DNA of 63,980 nucleotides, filler included, from Craspedostauros australis (taxonomy: Eukaryota): NCBI GenBank assembly GCA_030167865.1. It is 9 parts of 9 records of this genome, joined end to end, with 100 filler letters (N's around TTAATTAATTAA, not from the genome) between each part and the next. Parts side by side here need not be neighbours in the genome. Positions count along the whole stretch, not along the records: positions 1 to 21,605 come from JALAGF010005464.1; 8 more parts are not named here. One strand, written 5' to 3'. How positions within the stretch are numbered: position 1 is the first letter of the stretch; every line of letters starts with the position of its first letter. The notes below the pieces were generated by a model. That model saw only the letters and a program-made list of their open reading frames with translations, was not told the origin of the DNA and did not search any database. The translations under genes and the position numbers were made by a program. This document shows, in pieces, positions 1 through 10,071 of this stretch.

Positions 1-77
1 TGTGTAGATCGCTGTAAGACGTTTACGTAAGTCCCGAACCAAAAAATGCCAAGAACAGCATCAACCAAAGCCAAACT

Positions 78-528
78 CTCCGGACTTAGCTCGTGTGAGT
101 GTTCCTGCACTCATCTTTCCATTGTAGCATCATATGGAATTTATATATACAATAATGAAGTTTAGTGGCTGTTCCTCTCTTGCTCAGTGAGCACTGATAT
201 GATCCGTCAAGCACCCCATCATTCACGGACGTTTCTGGCTTGTGTTTGGCAGGTCTTCTTGTCCTGGCTGTTCCAAACAACTGATCCAACTGTCTATGAC
301 GTCACGATGACGCAAGCGTTTAAACAGAATTCCCTGAACTTGCCACCGAAATTGGTGATCCGAGTGGTCAGATATCACTCCGTCTGGCAAAGGAGCACCA
401 AACGCAAGCATACCAACACACCATCGAACCCAAACATAACATATACCATATGGTTGTGACCAACTCGGCGAGAGGATTCTGAAATGAATTTATTGTGCAG
501 ATTGAGCCAAACACCGCTAAGTCCGGAG
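78..528. mobile_element. MITE-like non-autonomous DNA transposon (451 bp)
   Basis: Perfect 13-bp terminal inverted repeats CTCCGGACTTAGC (78-90) and GCTAAGTCCGGAG (516-528), flanked on both sides by ACT (75-77, 529-531), consistent with a 3-bp target-site duplication. No convincing internal CDS. Confidence 0.6.
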
Positions 529-1082
529 ACTTCAAAGATGGAGAGTCGATTTCCTCGAAAAAAGAGGCAAGATCCTACTGACCTCCTGTAGAATCCTTTG
601 TGTGGCTAACTGTAGGCAATGGAAACCCGGTCCGTCCTTCGTCCGTCGGAAAACCATACCAATGGGTCAACAAACACATCAAGATCGACGAGATGGTAGT
701 AACAACAAGGTAATGTTATCACTTGCCAGGATAGCCCTGGTTGTTAAGCTTACGTAGATATGAAGAGATGTTGGATTGAGTGTCTACAACTTCAAGTCTG
801 AGTTTGGGGAAAACGGGTCCAAAATCTGTAGCCAACTGTGGCCAATTGTTGTGGTCTGTTTGTTTGGGGCAATGGAGCCACACAGACGAGAACCAAACGC
901 GCTACGCAAGACAAGACAAGGCGCATTGGATGAACGATCGGACGACACACGAATACACGTACGAGTAGGATCTAAATCTTGTTCCATCGAATATTTACAA
1001 ACTACTCCAGTGCCGACGGCATAATATTGTATTGGGCCGCCATGCTGCTCGTACGAATCATGGTTGAGATTGATTGCGAATC

Positions 1083-3305
1083 TCACAGCTCCGCGGCGAC
1101 CGATTCCTTCATGCCTTGCATTCTGCCGCCGGCATCAGCGTAGGCGTTGTATCCCAAGGATTCGGCTGGATCCGGCGCGTCGCCCATGAGCTCTGCGAGC
1201 AGTTCGGCCTCCATCTCAGCTTCTTCGTTGCCCAACCCCTCTTCCGAGAGCCATCGCTCGGCGTCCAGTGCGGCTGCGGCACCGCTGCCCGCCGATGTGA
1301 TGGCCTGCCGGTAGATCGCATCGGTGACATCGCCCGCAGCGAAGATTCCCGCGACGGACGTCTTGGTGCTCTCGGCGTAGGTTTGAATGTAGCCCTTGTG
1401 GTCTGGATTGAATTCCACGACACCCTCCAGGAACGAGGTGGAGGGCGTGTGTCCGATGGCGACGAAGACGGCGTCGGCCGAGATCTTTCTGATTTCCTTG
1501 GTCTGGGTGTCCTGAATCTTGACGCCAGCAACAACCATGGGGGTGTTGTCCAGATCCTGAGTATCATCGCCGTCGTTGACGGCCTTGCCGAGGATTTCCT
1601 TGACGGTTGCGTTCCATACAATATTGATGGTCGGGTGGTTGATGACGCGATCCGCAAGAATCTTGGAGGCGCGGAATGTATCACGTCGGTGCACGACGGT
1701 GACAGTCTTGCTGGTTCTGGCCAGGACGAGGGCATCCTCCATGGCGCTGTCACCACCTCCGACAACGACGACATGCTGTCCAGCGAAGAGGAAACCGTCG
1801 CAGGTGGCGCACGAGGACACGCCTCCACCACGCAGCTCATACTCGCCGGGGATGCCAAGCCAGTTGCTTTCGGCTCCGGTGGCGACGATGATGGAATGCG
1901 TGGGGATGCCACCTGTGGCGTTGGTGTGAACGAGAAGCGGGCGAGTCGAGGCATCGACCATGGTGACCAGATCTTCCTCAAAGACGGCTCCGAAGGAAGC
2001 GGCTTGCGCCCGCATGTGCGCGATGATCGAGGGTCCCGTGACGTTGTTCAAGCCCGGGTAATTTTCGACGTCGACGCCCTTGCCTTGCAGCTGTCCTCCC
2101 ATCGATGGTGCGATGACGAGCGGTGCCAAACCGGCGCGTGCCGCGTAAATTGCGGCAGACATGCCGGCTGGTCCACCTCCAACAACAATGACGCGTTCGG
2201 GGAACGAACTTGGCATCCAACGGTGTTGGTCAATCTCAGCCTCGTCGGCATCATCCGTCTCCATCTCGACCTGCGCATCGCGCTCCTCATCAAGACGCTT
2301 CTCCAACTCGGTCATGAGCTCGTCCTTGGAGGCGAGATGCAGATTGGCCACGGGCTTCGTCTCGGCCGTCTTGCGTCCACGCCGTCCGCCGCCGTTGTTG
2401 CTCTGATTGCTGCTGCCGCTGGCTTTCTTTTCCTCCTTCGCGGATGACGCATTGTCGCCGGACTCGGTCGCAACGAATCGCTTTTGGGTGGTCGGCGCCT
2501 TCTTGTACTTGCGCTTGAGTTTGCGCACCAGGTTGAAGGCGGGACCGCCGACGCAGTCACCGCCCGATCCCTTCATACCAGCACACTTGTTGTAGAGGCT
2601 CTCAATGTCCCCGCGTTCCTTGGAAGCATCGACATCGCCATAAAAGGCCACAAGATCGTCCAATTCCAATCGAATGTTCTCCGTCTCGGCCTGCGTGACG
2701 ACCGATTGCGTCTTTTGACGCAAAGGACCCTCACCGATTCCGCCCTTGGCTTCGTCCCATTTCTTGCCGCCGACGAACCACTGGAACGTGGGCAGGGAGC
2801 GGATCTGGTATCGTCCCGACAGCTCGTATTGGGCGTTGGTGTCGACCTTGACGAAGACCGCCGTGTCCTTGAACTCTTTCGCCACCTTCTTGAAGATGGG
2901 TGCCATCATGCGGCATGGACCGCAAGAGTCAGAGTAGAAGTCCACGACCACCGGCAACCCCGTCTCTGTCGCATGCTTCTTCAGCAATCTATCGAATTCT
3001 GCGATTTGCACGATTCATGGAAAGGTGGATGGAAAGAGAGAAGTTGTGAGAAGAAGAAACAGGCAAAAAGACCGAGTTTGGCACAGACGAGATCAACTGT
3101 CACGTGTGCCTGCTCATCGATTGGCATTGCACAAAGCATTCCCCAAGTGCGACATGGGCACCAACGAATGAGAGTCCCAATGCTCTCCAGTTGAATGGGG
3201 CGTACCATGGGCCGAACGGATGCTGCGAACCACGGGTCTGGCTAGCGCCTGTGCGATTAGGAGCAGCAACAGGACCGGGACTGCGTGGCGGTGTGTGCGT
3301 TGCAT
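1083..3305 (-). CDS. Thioredoxin + NADPH-dependent thioredoxin reductase fusion with N-terminal signal peptide; 2 exons (3305-3206, 2998-1083)
   Basis: Trx domain VVDFYSDSCGPC. Reductase motifs GGGPAG, CATCDG, GGGDSA(M)E, HRRD, GIFAAGDV. A phase-1 GTACGC..GCAG intron (3205-2999) joins exon 1 MQRTHRHAVPVLLLLLIAQALARPVVRSIRSAH in frame to EFDRLLKK. C-terminus is AAEL. Confidence 0.9.
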
Positions 3306-3921
3306 GATTCTTCTTGTTCTCTTGGTATTGTGTTGTGTTGTTGCTGTCTTGCTCTTGTTCTTGTTGGAGTCAACGTGATGATGGTTTTGTGTGGATTCGC
3401 AACTGATGAATGCTCGCAACCGTATTGGATGCAGAAGTGCTTGGAGTGTTCGTAACTACTCGTGCAGTTTCTGTTGGTTGTTGTTGGTGCTGTCGCTGTT
3501 GTTGTTGTTGTGGTTGGGATTATGATTGTGAGGATGATGATGGCGGCAACTGCCAATGCCTTCGTTGTACCAGTACACACAAGCAGCGAGGGTTTGTGTG
3601 ACGGAGGAGGGGAGAAGAAAACAAATGACCGTTCGTTTGTCAGTGGTCACCAGCCTTGTCTTCGTCCGTTTGTTTGTGGCGCGCGTTTGATGACGATGTG
3701 GTCTTTTCTCCCGAGTTCGTTTGTTCTCGCTCAAATTCCAACCATGGCACGCCACGTGGCAAACGTCGATCAAGAAAGAACGAAATGGAAGAACGAAACA
3801 CTCCAACTCACCGGTTTCTCGTTTGCTGTAACAAACAATGGTCGGCCATGAGGCGAGCAGGTGAAGTGCCTTCTCCATTGTTACGACCTATTACATTATA
3901 TATTTCCATACTACTGCTAAC

Positions 3922-5289
3922 CTACCCATGTGAAATGAACTCTGTTTCAATGGACATCAGCAGCTCGTTCAACCCCCAGCGGTTCTTCGACGACGTAACA
4001 TGGACGACAGGCGACTGCGTCACGGCCCCTTCCTCCTGGAGTTGGGACGTGCTGGCATACCGCATGCAGAATTCGTTGACGTGCTTGATGACTTCCGGGA
4101 TGCTGGTCTGATCGGCCTTGGTCAGAACGATGGAGTACGGAACGCCGGCATCATCCATCCAGCCCATAATGGCCGAGTCTATATGCGTGCATCCGTGCCG
4201 GCTGTCAATCAGCACGAACAGGCGTTTCAAGGTTCCTTTCTCGTGCCTGGACTGCAACAGATCCTGCGTGTCCATCTGCCATTGCTCGATCTTGGCATCG
4301 GGTCCTTTAGCTGCGAAGCGGGAATAACACGATATTGTGCGAAATTGTGAGTCACTCGATACTGTTCATGAGTGCGCGAGTCGAAACTGATCACTTCAAC
4401 ATGCCTGAAGGGTCTCCACCTTCCATTTTGCTTTTTCAACTATGCCCGTCACACGCACGTGCTCGCAGCATGGTGAGGCAAGATGCAAGGCTGCACGCAC
4501 ACATCCAGCACGCTGGAAGAGAATTTACGTACCATATCCATATCCTGGCAAATCAACGGCGTACCCCAGCGCATTGCCTGGCATGCGTTCATCCGGTTCC
4601 ATCTTGTTCGGGAACAAACCGTAATAGTACGGCAGTTGCGTACGACCCGGCGACTTGGAGGTCTTGCACAGGTTGCGTCGCATCAAGGCATTGATCAAGG
4701 ATGACTTGCCCACGTTGCTGCGTCCCAAGAAGGCCACTTCTCCGATGTGATCGAACTTCGGCAAGTCGTGCTGCATCAGATTGGGTGACAGGTACTCGAA
4801 CTGCGATGACGCAAAGAACTTCGGCAGGTTATCGGCCTCTCGAAACAACGTCGCGGTATCCATGTCATCCGGCACCGCCGGTTTGCTGATGTAGACGTAA
4901 GGCGATGCAGTGGGTGCCAGGAGGGCCGGCGGAATCGCCTTCGGGGCCTTGAGCTTCTTGCTGATGCGTTTGGGTCGGTGCAGCGTCCAATCTGGATTGG
5001 GTACATCATCATCGGGCCATGGTGGTGGCAAGCCTCTCATCGCATTGCGTCGTTGCAGTTTGGGAGCGCCAGCGCGATTGCGTGGCCGTGCGTTGGAAGA
5101 GCGAAATCGGATGGACCCCATGCTGCTGTGGGCGTTGTCATGGAGGCTTGAAGAAGACGCATGCAAACGCAGATGAGAGTGCGAGTTCCTGTCCGTGCTA
5201 ATGTCCGTGTTTGGGATCGCGATACTTTGGCATCGCCATCTCTTCCATGCTGCTGACGCCTGATGACGAGTATGGAATGCTAATCTCAT
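3922..5289 (-). CDS. EngB/YihA (YsxC)-family ribosome-biogenesis GTPase, probably organellar; 2 exons (5289-4533, 4310-3922)
   Basis: G1 [10 protein letters not shown]2 PGRT, G3 DLPGYG(Y|A)K spliced across a GTACGT..GCAG intron (4532-4311), then LIDSRHG, G4 TKAD and VTSS. The Arg/Ser-rich N-terminal extension resembles a mitochondrial presequence. Start codon uncertain. Confidence 0.88.
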
Positions 5290-5842
5290 GACTGAGGCAT
5301 GGGTTCTTCGCGGAGGAGGGAGCGTTGTGAGAGGGTGCAGTCTCCTCTGGTATCGTCGTCGTTGATGGTTTCGAGTAATGTTGATGTGTGGGCCGCCATC
5401 TGTGCGCAGCAATCCCAATTGTGGTTGGATGTTGATGTGAGCACTTTTCAAATTCTCTATCGCGGAATACCACCTTTATTTGATTCTTGAACAATCAATC
5501 CCGTATTGATACCAACTTTTGGGACATAAAAGAAACTACGGGAATTACCAAAGAGCTTGATTAGCCACGACAGACAAACACACGACAAAACGCAAGGCGC
5601 AAGCCCAACGTGACAGCCTCCACAAGATGATCATCTCAGCATTGGCGATCGTTGTGGAAGATGGGACAGCGACATTGGCGCAATTCAAGCGAGGGATCCA
5701 TCCAATGATCCACTGTGACTACTTGTTGCAACACAACGAAGTAGAAGAGGATAGGCTTTGTCATCGGGCGTTCTAAACTCGTATTGTACAAGTACTGGTA
5801 TTTGTGCAAGTACAGGTACACGAAGAGGGTGAAGATACGATC

Positions 5843-7375
5843 ATGAGACGGCAGATTCGCAGACATCAGAGCGGCTCCATGCAGGGCATGCCGTTGGACA
5901 GCGGGGACTCATCGCAGGATGATCTCTCGCTGACATCGTATGGCTTCCCCGCGGCCAATCCGGCAGGGGTGATCGGAGCAGTGCCGGGTATCAACGAGAT
6001 TGGCAAGGCCAGGCGACCTCCACGACGCAGACGTCGCAGGAAGCAGCAATCTTCGATACAAATGAATGCTCTGCTGATTGTGGCGACTGTGGTCATGGTG
6101 CTGATGTTCCTTGGCTCGGTGGCCATGCTCAAACGCGAGACGAAGAATCACAATCTCTCATCGATTGCCGACACATCTGCAGCTGCCAATGCGGCCGTCG
6201 AAGACTTTTCGTTGTTGGCGGGCCAAGAACACAGCCATGCTGATGCAAGCAGTCACAAGCAATTCCAACGGATGACAGACAGTGCACCATCCTGCCTCGA
6301 CCATCAGTCCATGCATCCGGACGAGGTTACGTACACTCTGGTCACGCAGCTCTCGGATGACCGGCTGTGGATGATGCGATATCACTGCGATCGTTGGGGG
6401 GATCAGAATCAGATGTCGATCGCGGTGCTGTCGAATCGCACGAAGGATCAAGTGCGGTCCATCCTGGTCGACGAATATGCATGCAACGACTCGCTGCTCA
6501 CGCTGGAGGTGGTGCGCTCGAACGAGTACCCAACCAGCGACTATCCTGTCAACATGCTGCGGAATTTGGCTTTGAAGAACGTCGTCACGTCTCATGTCCT
6601 CCTTCTAGATGTTGACTTTTGGGAGTCGACCGACTTGGCAGAAACATTGATGGAACCGCACGTGCGGGGAGTGTTGGCAGCAAATCCAAAACAGGTGTTG
6701 GTCGTCCCTGCATTCCAACTGGCTCGCCAATGTCGCCAATGGAAGGATTGCCGCGAGAAGAACGTCCCTGCCATGCCCAAATCGAAGCTCGCGTTGATCC
6801 AGCTGATCAAGGACCACAAGGCCAGCCAATTCGACCCGACCAACCGCGGCGGACACGGCAGCACAAGGTACAAGGAATGGTTGCATCAAGACGCCGCCAG
6901 CCTCTTGCCCATCGATTGCGTCACGTCCAATCGGTACGAACCGTTCCTGGTGTTTCGTTACTGCAAGGAGCTGCCGCCATTTCAGCAAGCATTCTCGGGC
7001 TACGGCAAGAACAAAATGACATGGATGATGTTCATACTGCGTCTCGGCTACGAGCTGCAACAAGTCGGCGGCGTCTTCGTGATACATTATCCACATTTGG
7101 ATTCTCCATCGAGAATGAAGTGGAACGAGGCACCATCATCGCGTGCCAAGGCAGCATGGAACGTGGTCAAAGATGGGAGCAACAACGATCCGTCACACGA
7201 TGCGCAATCCTTGATGGACTTCAAACGAGGGCAAGTAGATGAGACCTTTGTGCAGTTCCGAAAATGGCTGCACGAGACGATACCTGATGAGGCGAAGGTT
7301 TTGAAGTGCGACGATGCAGCGGACGACGATGCGAAGCTTTGGGTGGAGCGAGGAGAACATTATGAAGAAGACTGA
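5843..7375 (+). CDS. GT49 (LARGE/B4GAT1-like) type II membrane glycosyltransferase
   Basis: Basic cytosolic N-terminus and one TM helix (ALLIVATVVMVLMFLGSVAML). Motifs TLVTQLS.DRL, YPVNMLRNLA, DxD (LLDVDF), VVPAF, YEPF, F.GYGKNK and F(V)IHYPH match Glyco_transf_49. Confidence 0.85.
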   Translation: MRRQIRRHQSGSMQGMPLDSGDSSQDDLSLTSYGFPAANPAGVIGAVPGINEIGKARRPPRRRRRRKQQSSIQMNALLIVATVVMVLMFLGSVAMLKRETKNHNLSSIADTSAAANAAVEDFSLLAGQEHSHADASSHKQFQRMTDSAPSCLDHQSMHPDEVTYTLVTQLSDDRLWMMRYHCDRWGDQNQMSIAVLSNRTKDQVRSILVDEYACNDSLLTLEVVRSNEYPTSDYPVNMLRNLALKNVVTSHVLLLDVDFWESTDLAETLMEPHVRGVLAANPKQVLVVPAFQLARQCRQWKDCREKNVPAMPKSKLALIQLIKDHKASQFDPTNRGGHGSTRYKEWLHQDAASLLPIDCVTSNRYEPFLVFRYCKELPPFQQAFSGYGKNKMTWMMFILRLGYELQQVGGVFVIHYPHLDSPSRMKWNEAPSSRAKAAWNVVKDGSNNDPSHDAQSLMDFKRGQVDETFVQFRKWLHETIPDEAKVLKCDDAADDDAKLWVERGEHYEED

Positions 7376-7597
7376 CCAGCGCTCGGAACACAGCGAGCAT
7401 TACACAAAATACGACATACATACCCCAGAATAAATCAATCATTTGTACATAGCAAGAGCGACAGGTGGGTAGCCTTGGATAGATGTTGTACTTGTATCTT
7501 TTGTGTGGCGCATTGGTTGTATCAATATGTTTCCCACGCTGCTGAACAATCTCCAGAGATGCATGCCCTCTCGCCTGCTCGTTCACGTATTCGTGCA

Positions 7598-9505
7598 TCA
7601 GTCCTCCCACGTGGTGGTCGCCATCGTCATGGGCGGCAACGACTGGATAGGGCCGAACTTCTCCAACGGCCAAATGCGCATGATGGGACGACCCACAAGA
7701 TCCGACTGCTGCAGCGGCCCCCAAACTCTGGAATCGACGGAGACCGAACTGCAATCCCCCATCACGAAGACCTCCTTGGGCTGCAGTTGACGCGGCTCCT
7801 TACCATCGCCAATGTACTTCTTGAGCAGCTGCGGTGCCTGCGCGTCGCATAGATCGCGTTTGCCAGGCACGGGTTGTTCGTTGACGCGCACGTTGCCGGA
7901 TCCATCGACCGAGACGGTGTCGCCAGATGTCGCCACAGCACGTTTGACGAACAGATCGCGATCGCCCAATCGGCCGCCGTTCGCGGCCACGATGTCGCGC
8001 AGGGCGCTGGGTGGACGGAACAGGACGACATCGCCTGGCTTGCTCTGGCCCGGAAAGAGCCGCGCGGAGACCTTTTCGACGAGCAGAACGTCACCGACTT
8101 CCAAGGTTGGGTCCATCGATTTGGATGGGATGAAGAACAGGGAGATGGCCTGCGACAGTAGAAAGGCGCTGGTCAGCCCGAATGCGGCAGCGAACAGAGC
8201 ACCAAGAACAGAGACGAAATTATACATGTCCTGCGTCAAGAGCTTCGGGATTTCGCGCTCATTGATGGTGGCAGGCCACGGACGTTCGAGCTGTTGCACG
8301 AGAGGGCAGATTGGTTTCAACTCGTAATCCGCTCCTGGGAAGCTTGTGAAATGTTCCTCACCGTTGGAGTCCAGAATGCGGAGGATGCGATACTCCACAC
8401 CTGGGTACGCCCCGATTTGGAACATGCGAGGTCGCTGGCGCAGCGATCGAATGACCGGAACGACGACCTTGCCGACCCGAACATCCGTGGGATTGTGCGT
8501 CGACGTGTTCTCGAGTGTGATGGTGGCTACCTTTTCTGACACAGCGTCGCGGGGTAATCGGATATCCTTCAAGGGGCTACTTTCACGCAAAAAGTCAAAC
8601 GGGTTGCCTCCGTTGCTAGCGTCGTCGCTGCTATCTCCGAAAGATTCCTGCGCAGCCTCGTCCATCATCGCCGAGGCTTTCGCTGTTTGACGACTTCCAT
8701 GCAACGTCACCTCCACCTCCATGGTGATCGGCTTGCTCTCTTCAAAATCCTCGCTACCCACGAACTCTTGCAGCAAGTTGGTTTGCATCAAGTGCGCGCC
8801 AAAGTCGTTGGCGCAACCCTTGCACAGATCCGATTGGGTTAGATCGACAAATCGCATGCCGGCACGCCATTCCACATCGAACCGCGCCCCGCTGCGTTGC
8901 TGCCCTTTCAATCGCAACGCAAACGTTGCATCGATGGTGTCATCGACGGACTGCGGCAAGTATTGCAGATACACTCCCACCTTCTCATCTGGCTTGGCGA
9001 ACAAGGGCACGACGGCGTATCCCATACCGAAGCCGGACTCCTTAGTTGACGCCTTGCCGTCGTTCTTGTTGCCGAACAGCGACTTGGTGTTGCGATTGCC
9101 GTGCCCTCCACCGCGAGGATAGAGCTTGACCTGGAAACGAGATTCACCGCACTGGAATGGCTGCGACGTCACGCATTCGCCCTGTTGCAGATTCATGAGG
9201 TCATAGTACGATGGAAACGACAGCGTCACGTTCGCTGTGTCCAGATGATTCGTCTGCGGGATCGCAAGTGTCGTGGAATCGGTGGTGGGCAAGGTAGCGC
9301 CCGCAATGATCGAGCTGCGTGTGCATGGGGATGAATGAGACAACGGTGCGAATGACAATGTTGTTCTCAATGCTGATCTTCCTCTTGTTCCTGCTATGCC
9401 TGATGCTGCTTTTGCTGTTGTTGAGGATTGCCTGACTGCTGGGCCGAAAGCGGAGGCAGATCCACAACAAAGCGCAACGGCTGTAGCTGTACCAAGTACC
9501 CTCAT
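7598..9505 (-). CDS. Plastid-targeted signal peptidase I (S26, thylakoidal processing peptidase-like) fused to an N-terminal MATH-like domain
   Basis: Signal peptide ending GSASA-FGP (diatom ASAF motif). MATH-like segment TSQPFQCGESRFQVKLYPRG..VGVYLQY..ATFALRL. TM helix. S26 boxes IPSKSMDPTL.GD (Ser), GDVVLF, FVKR (Lys), VMGDC..S.DSR.WG. Confidence 0.85.
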   Translation of the reverse strand: MRVLGTATAVALCCGSASAFGPAVRQSSTTAKAASGIAGTRGRSALRTTLSFAPLSHSSPCTRSSIIAGATLPTTDSTTLAIPQTNHLDTANVTLSFPSYYDLMNLQQGECVTSQPFQCGESRFQVKLYPRGGGHGNRNTKSLFGNKNDGKASTKESGFGMGYAVVPLFAKPDEKVGVYLQYLPQSVDDTIDATFALRLKGQQRSGARFDVEWRAGMRFVDLTQSDLCKGCANDFGAHLMQTNLLQEFVGSEDFEESKPITMEVEVTLHGSRQTAKASAMMDEAAQESFGDSSDDASNGGNPFDFLRESSPLKDIRLPRDAVSEKVATITLENTSTHNPTDVRVGKVVVPVIRSLRQRPRMFQIGAYPGVEYRILRILDSNGEEHFTSFPGADYELKPICPLVQQLERPWPATINEREIPKLLTQDMYNFVSVLGALFAAAFGLTSAFLLSQAISLFFIPSKSMDPTLEVGDVLLVEKVSARLFPGQSKPGDVVLFRPPSALRDIVAANGGRLGDRDLFVKRAVATSGDTVSVDGSGNVRVNEQPVPGKRDLCDAQAPQLLKKYIGDGKEPRQLQPKEVFVMGDCSSVSVDSRVWGPLQQSDLVGRPIMRIWPLEKFGPIQSLPPMTMATTTWED

Positions 9506-10071
9506 GGTTGCCGTCGGTGTTGATTATGAATGACTTGGAGAACAAGTTTGCATTCTACTATTGTATTGTTTCTCTTTTTTCGTTGCGCCCCTGTTTGCGT
9601 GAAATCTTTTGTTGTGAGTTGTTTTGCGAAAAGGTGAGTTGGCATACGTCATCGTCGTGAGGTCACCCGCGCAGAATTCAGGAGAAGCTCATTCCGAGAC
9701 ACCAGCGTGGCGAGGTGCTATTCGCCAGTGGTTGGGGTTGGCCTTGGCTTCAGACTTCGTACTGCATATTGACAGAGGTAAAAGTGTGACGAGAGAACAT
9801 TGCTATTATATGTCATAAGATCGTCGTATTCTGCTATCTTGTGCACTCTGCTCTGTGATATGTCTCTGCCGCGGACAGCCCAGAGATTGGAAGGACCAGA
9901 GTACAGATAGCACGAAGCTCTCTCGTACGTATGGTGGAGAGGTTCGGAAATGCCATTCCCTTTTCGCCGCTCTTTCGACCAAGACCATCACCGACAATGG
10001 ACACTCTTCTCAGCCCCACGCTCAGCCCTCCGCCCGCACCACACTCTTCGCGATCACCGAACGTGGTGAAC

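Noticed and set aside
1074..2447. 457-aa plus-strand ORF
   Set aside because: Antisense shadow of the Trx-NTR gene caused by GC3-biased codons; no motifs.
3751..3760. GCCACGTGGC G-box palindrome upstream of Trx-NTR
   Set aside because: A single 10-mer with no supporting evidence; could be chance.
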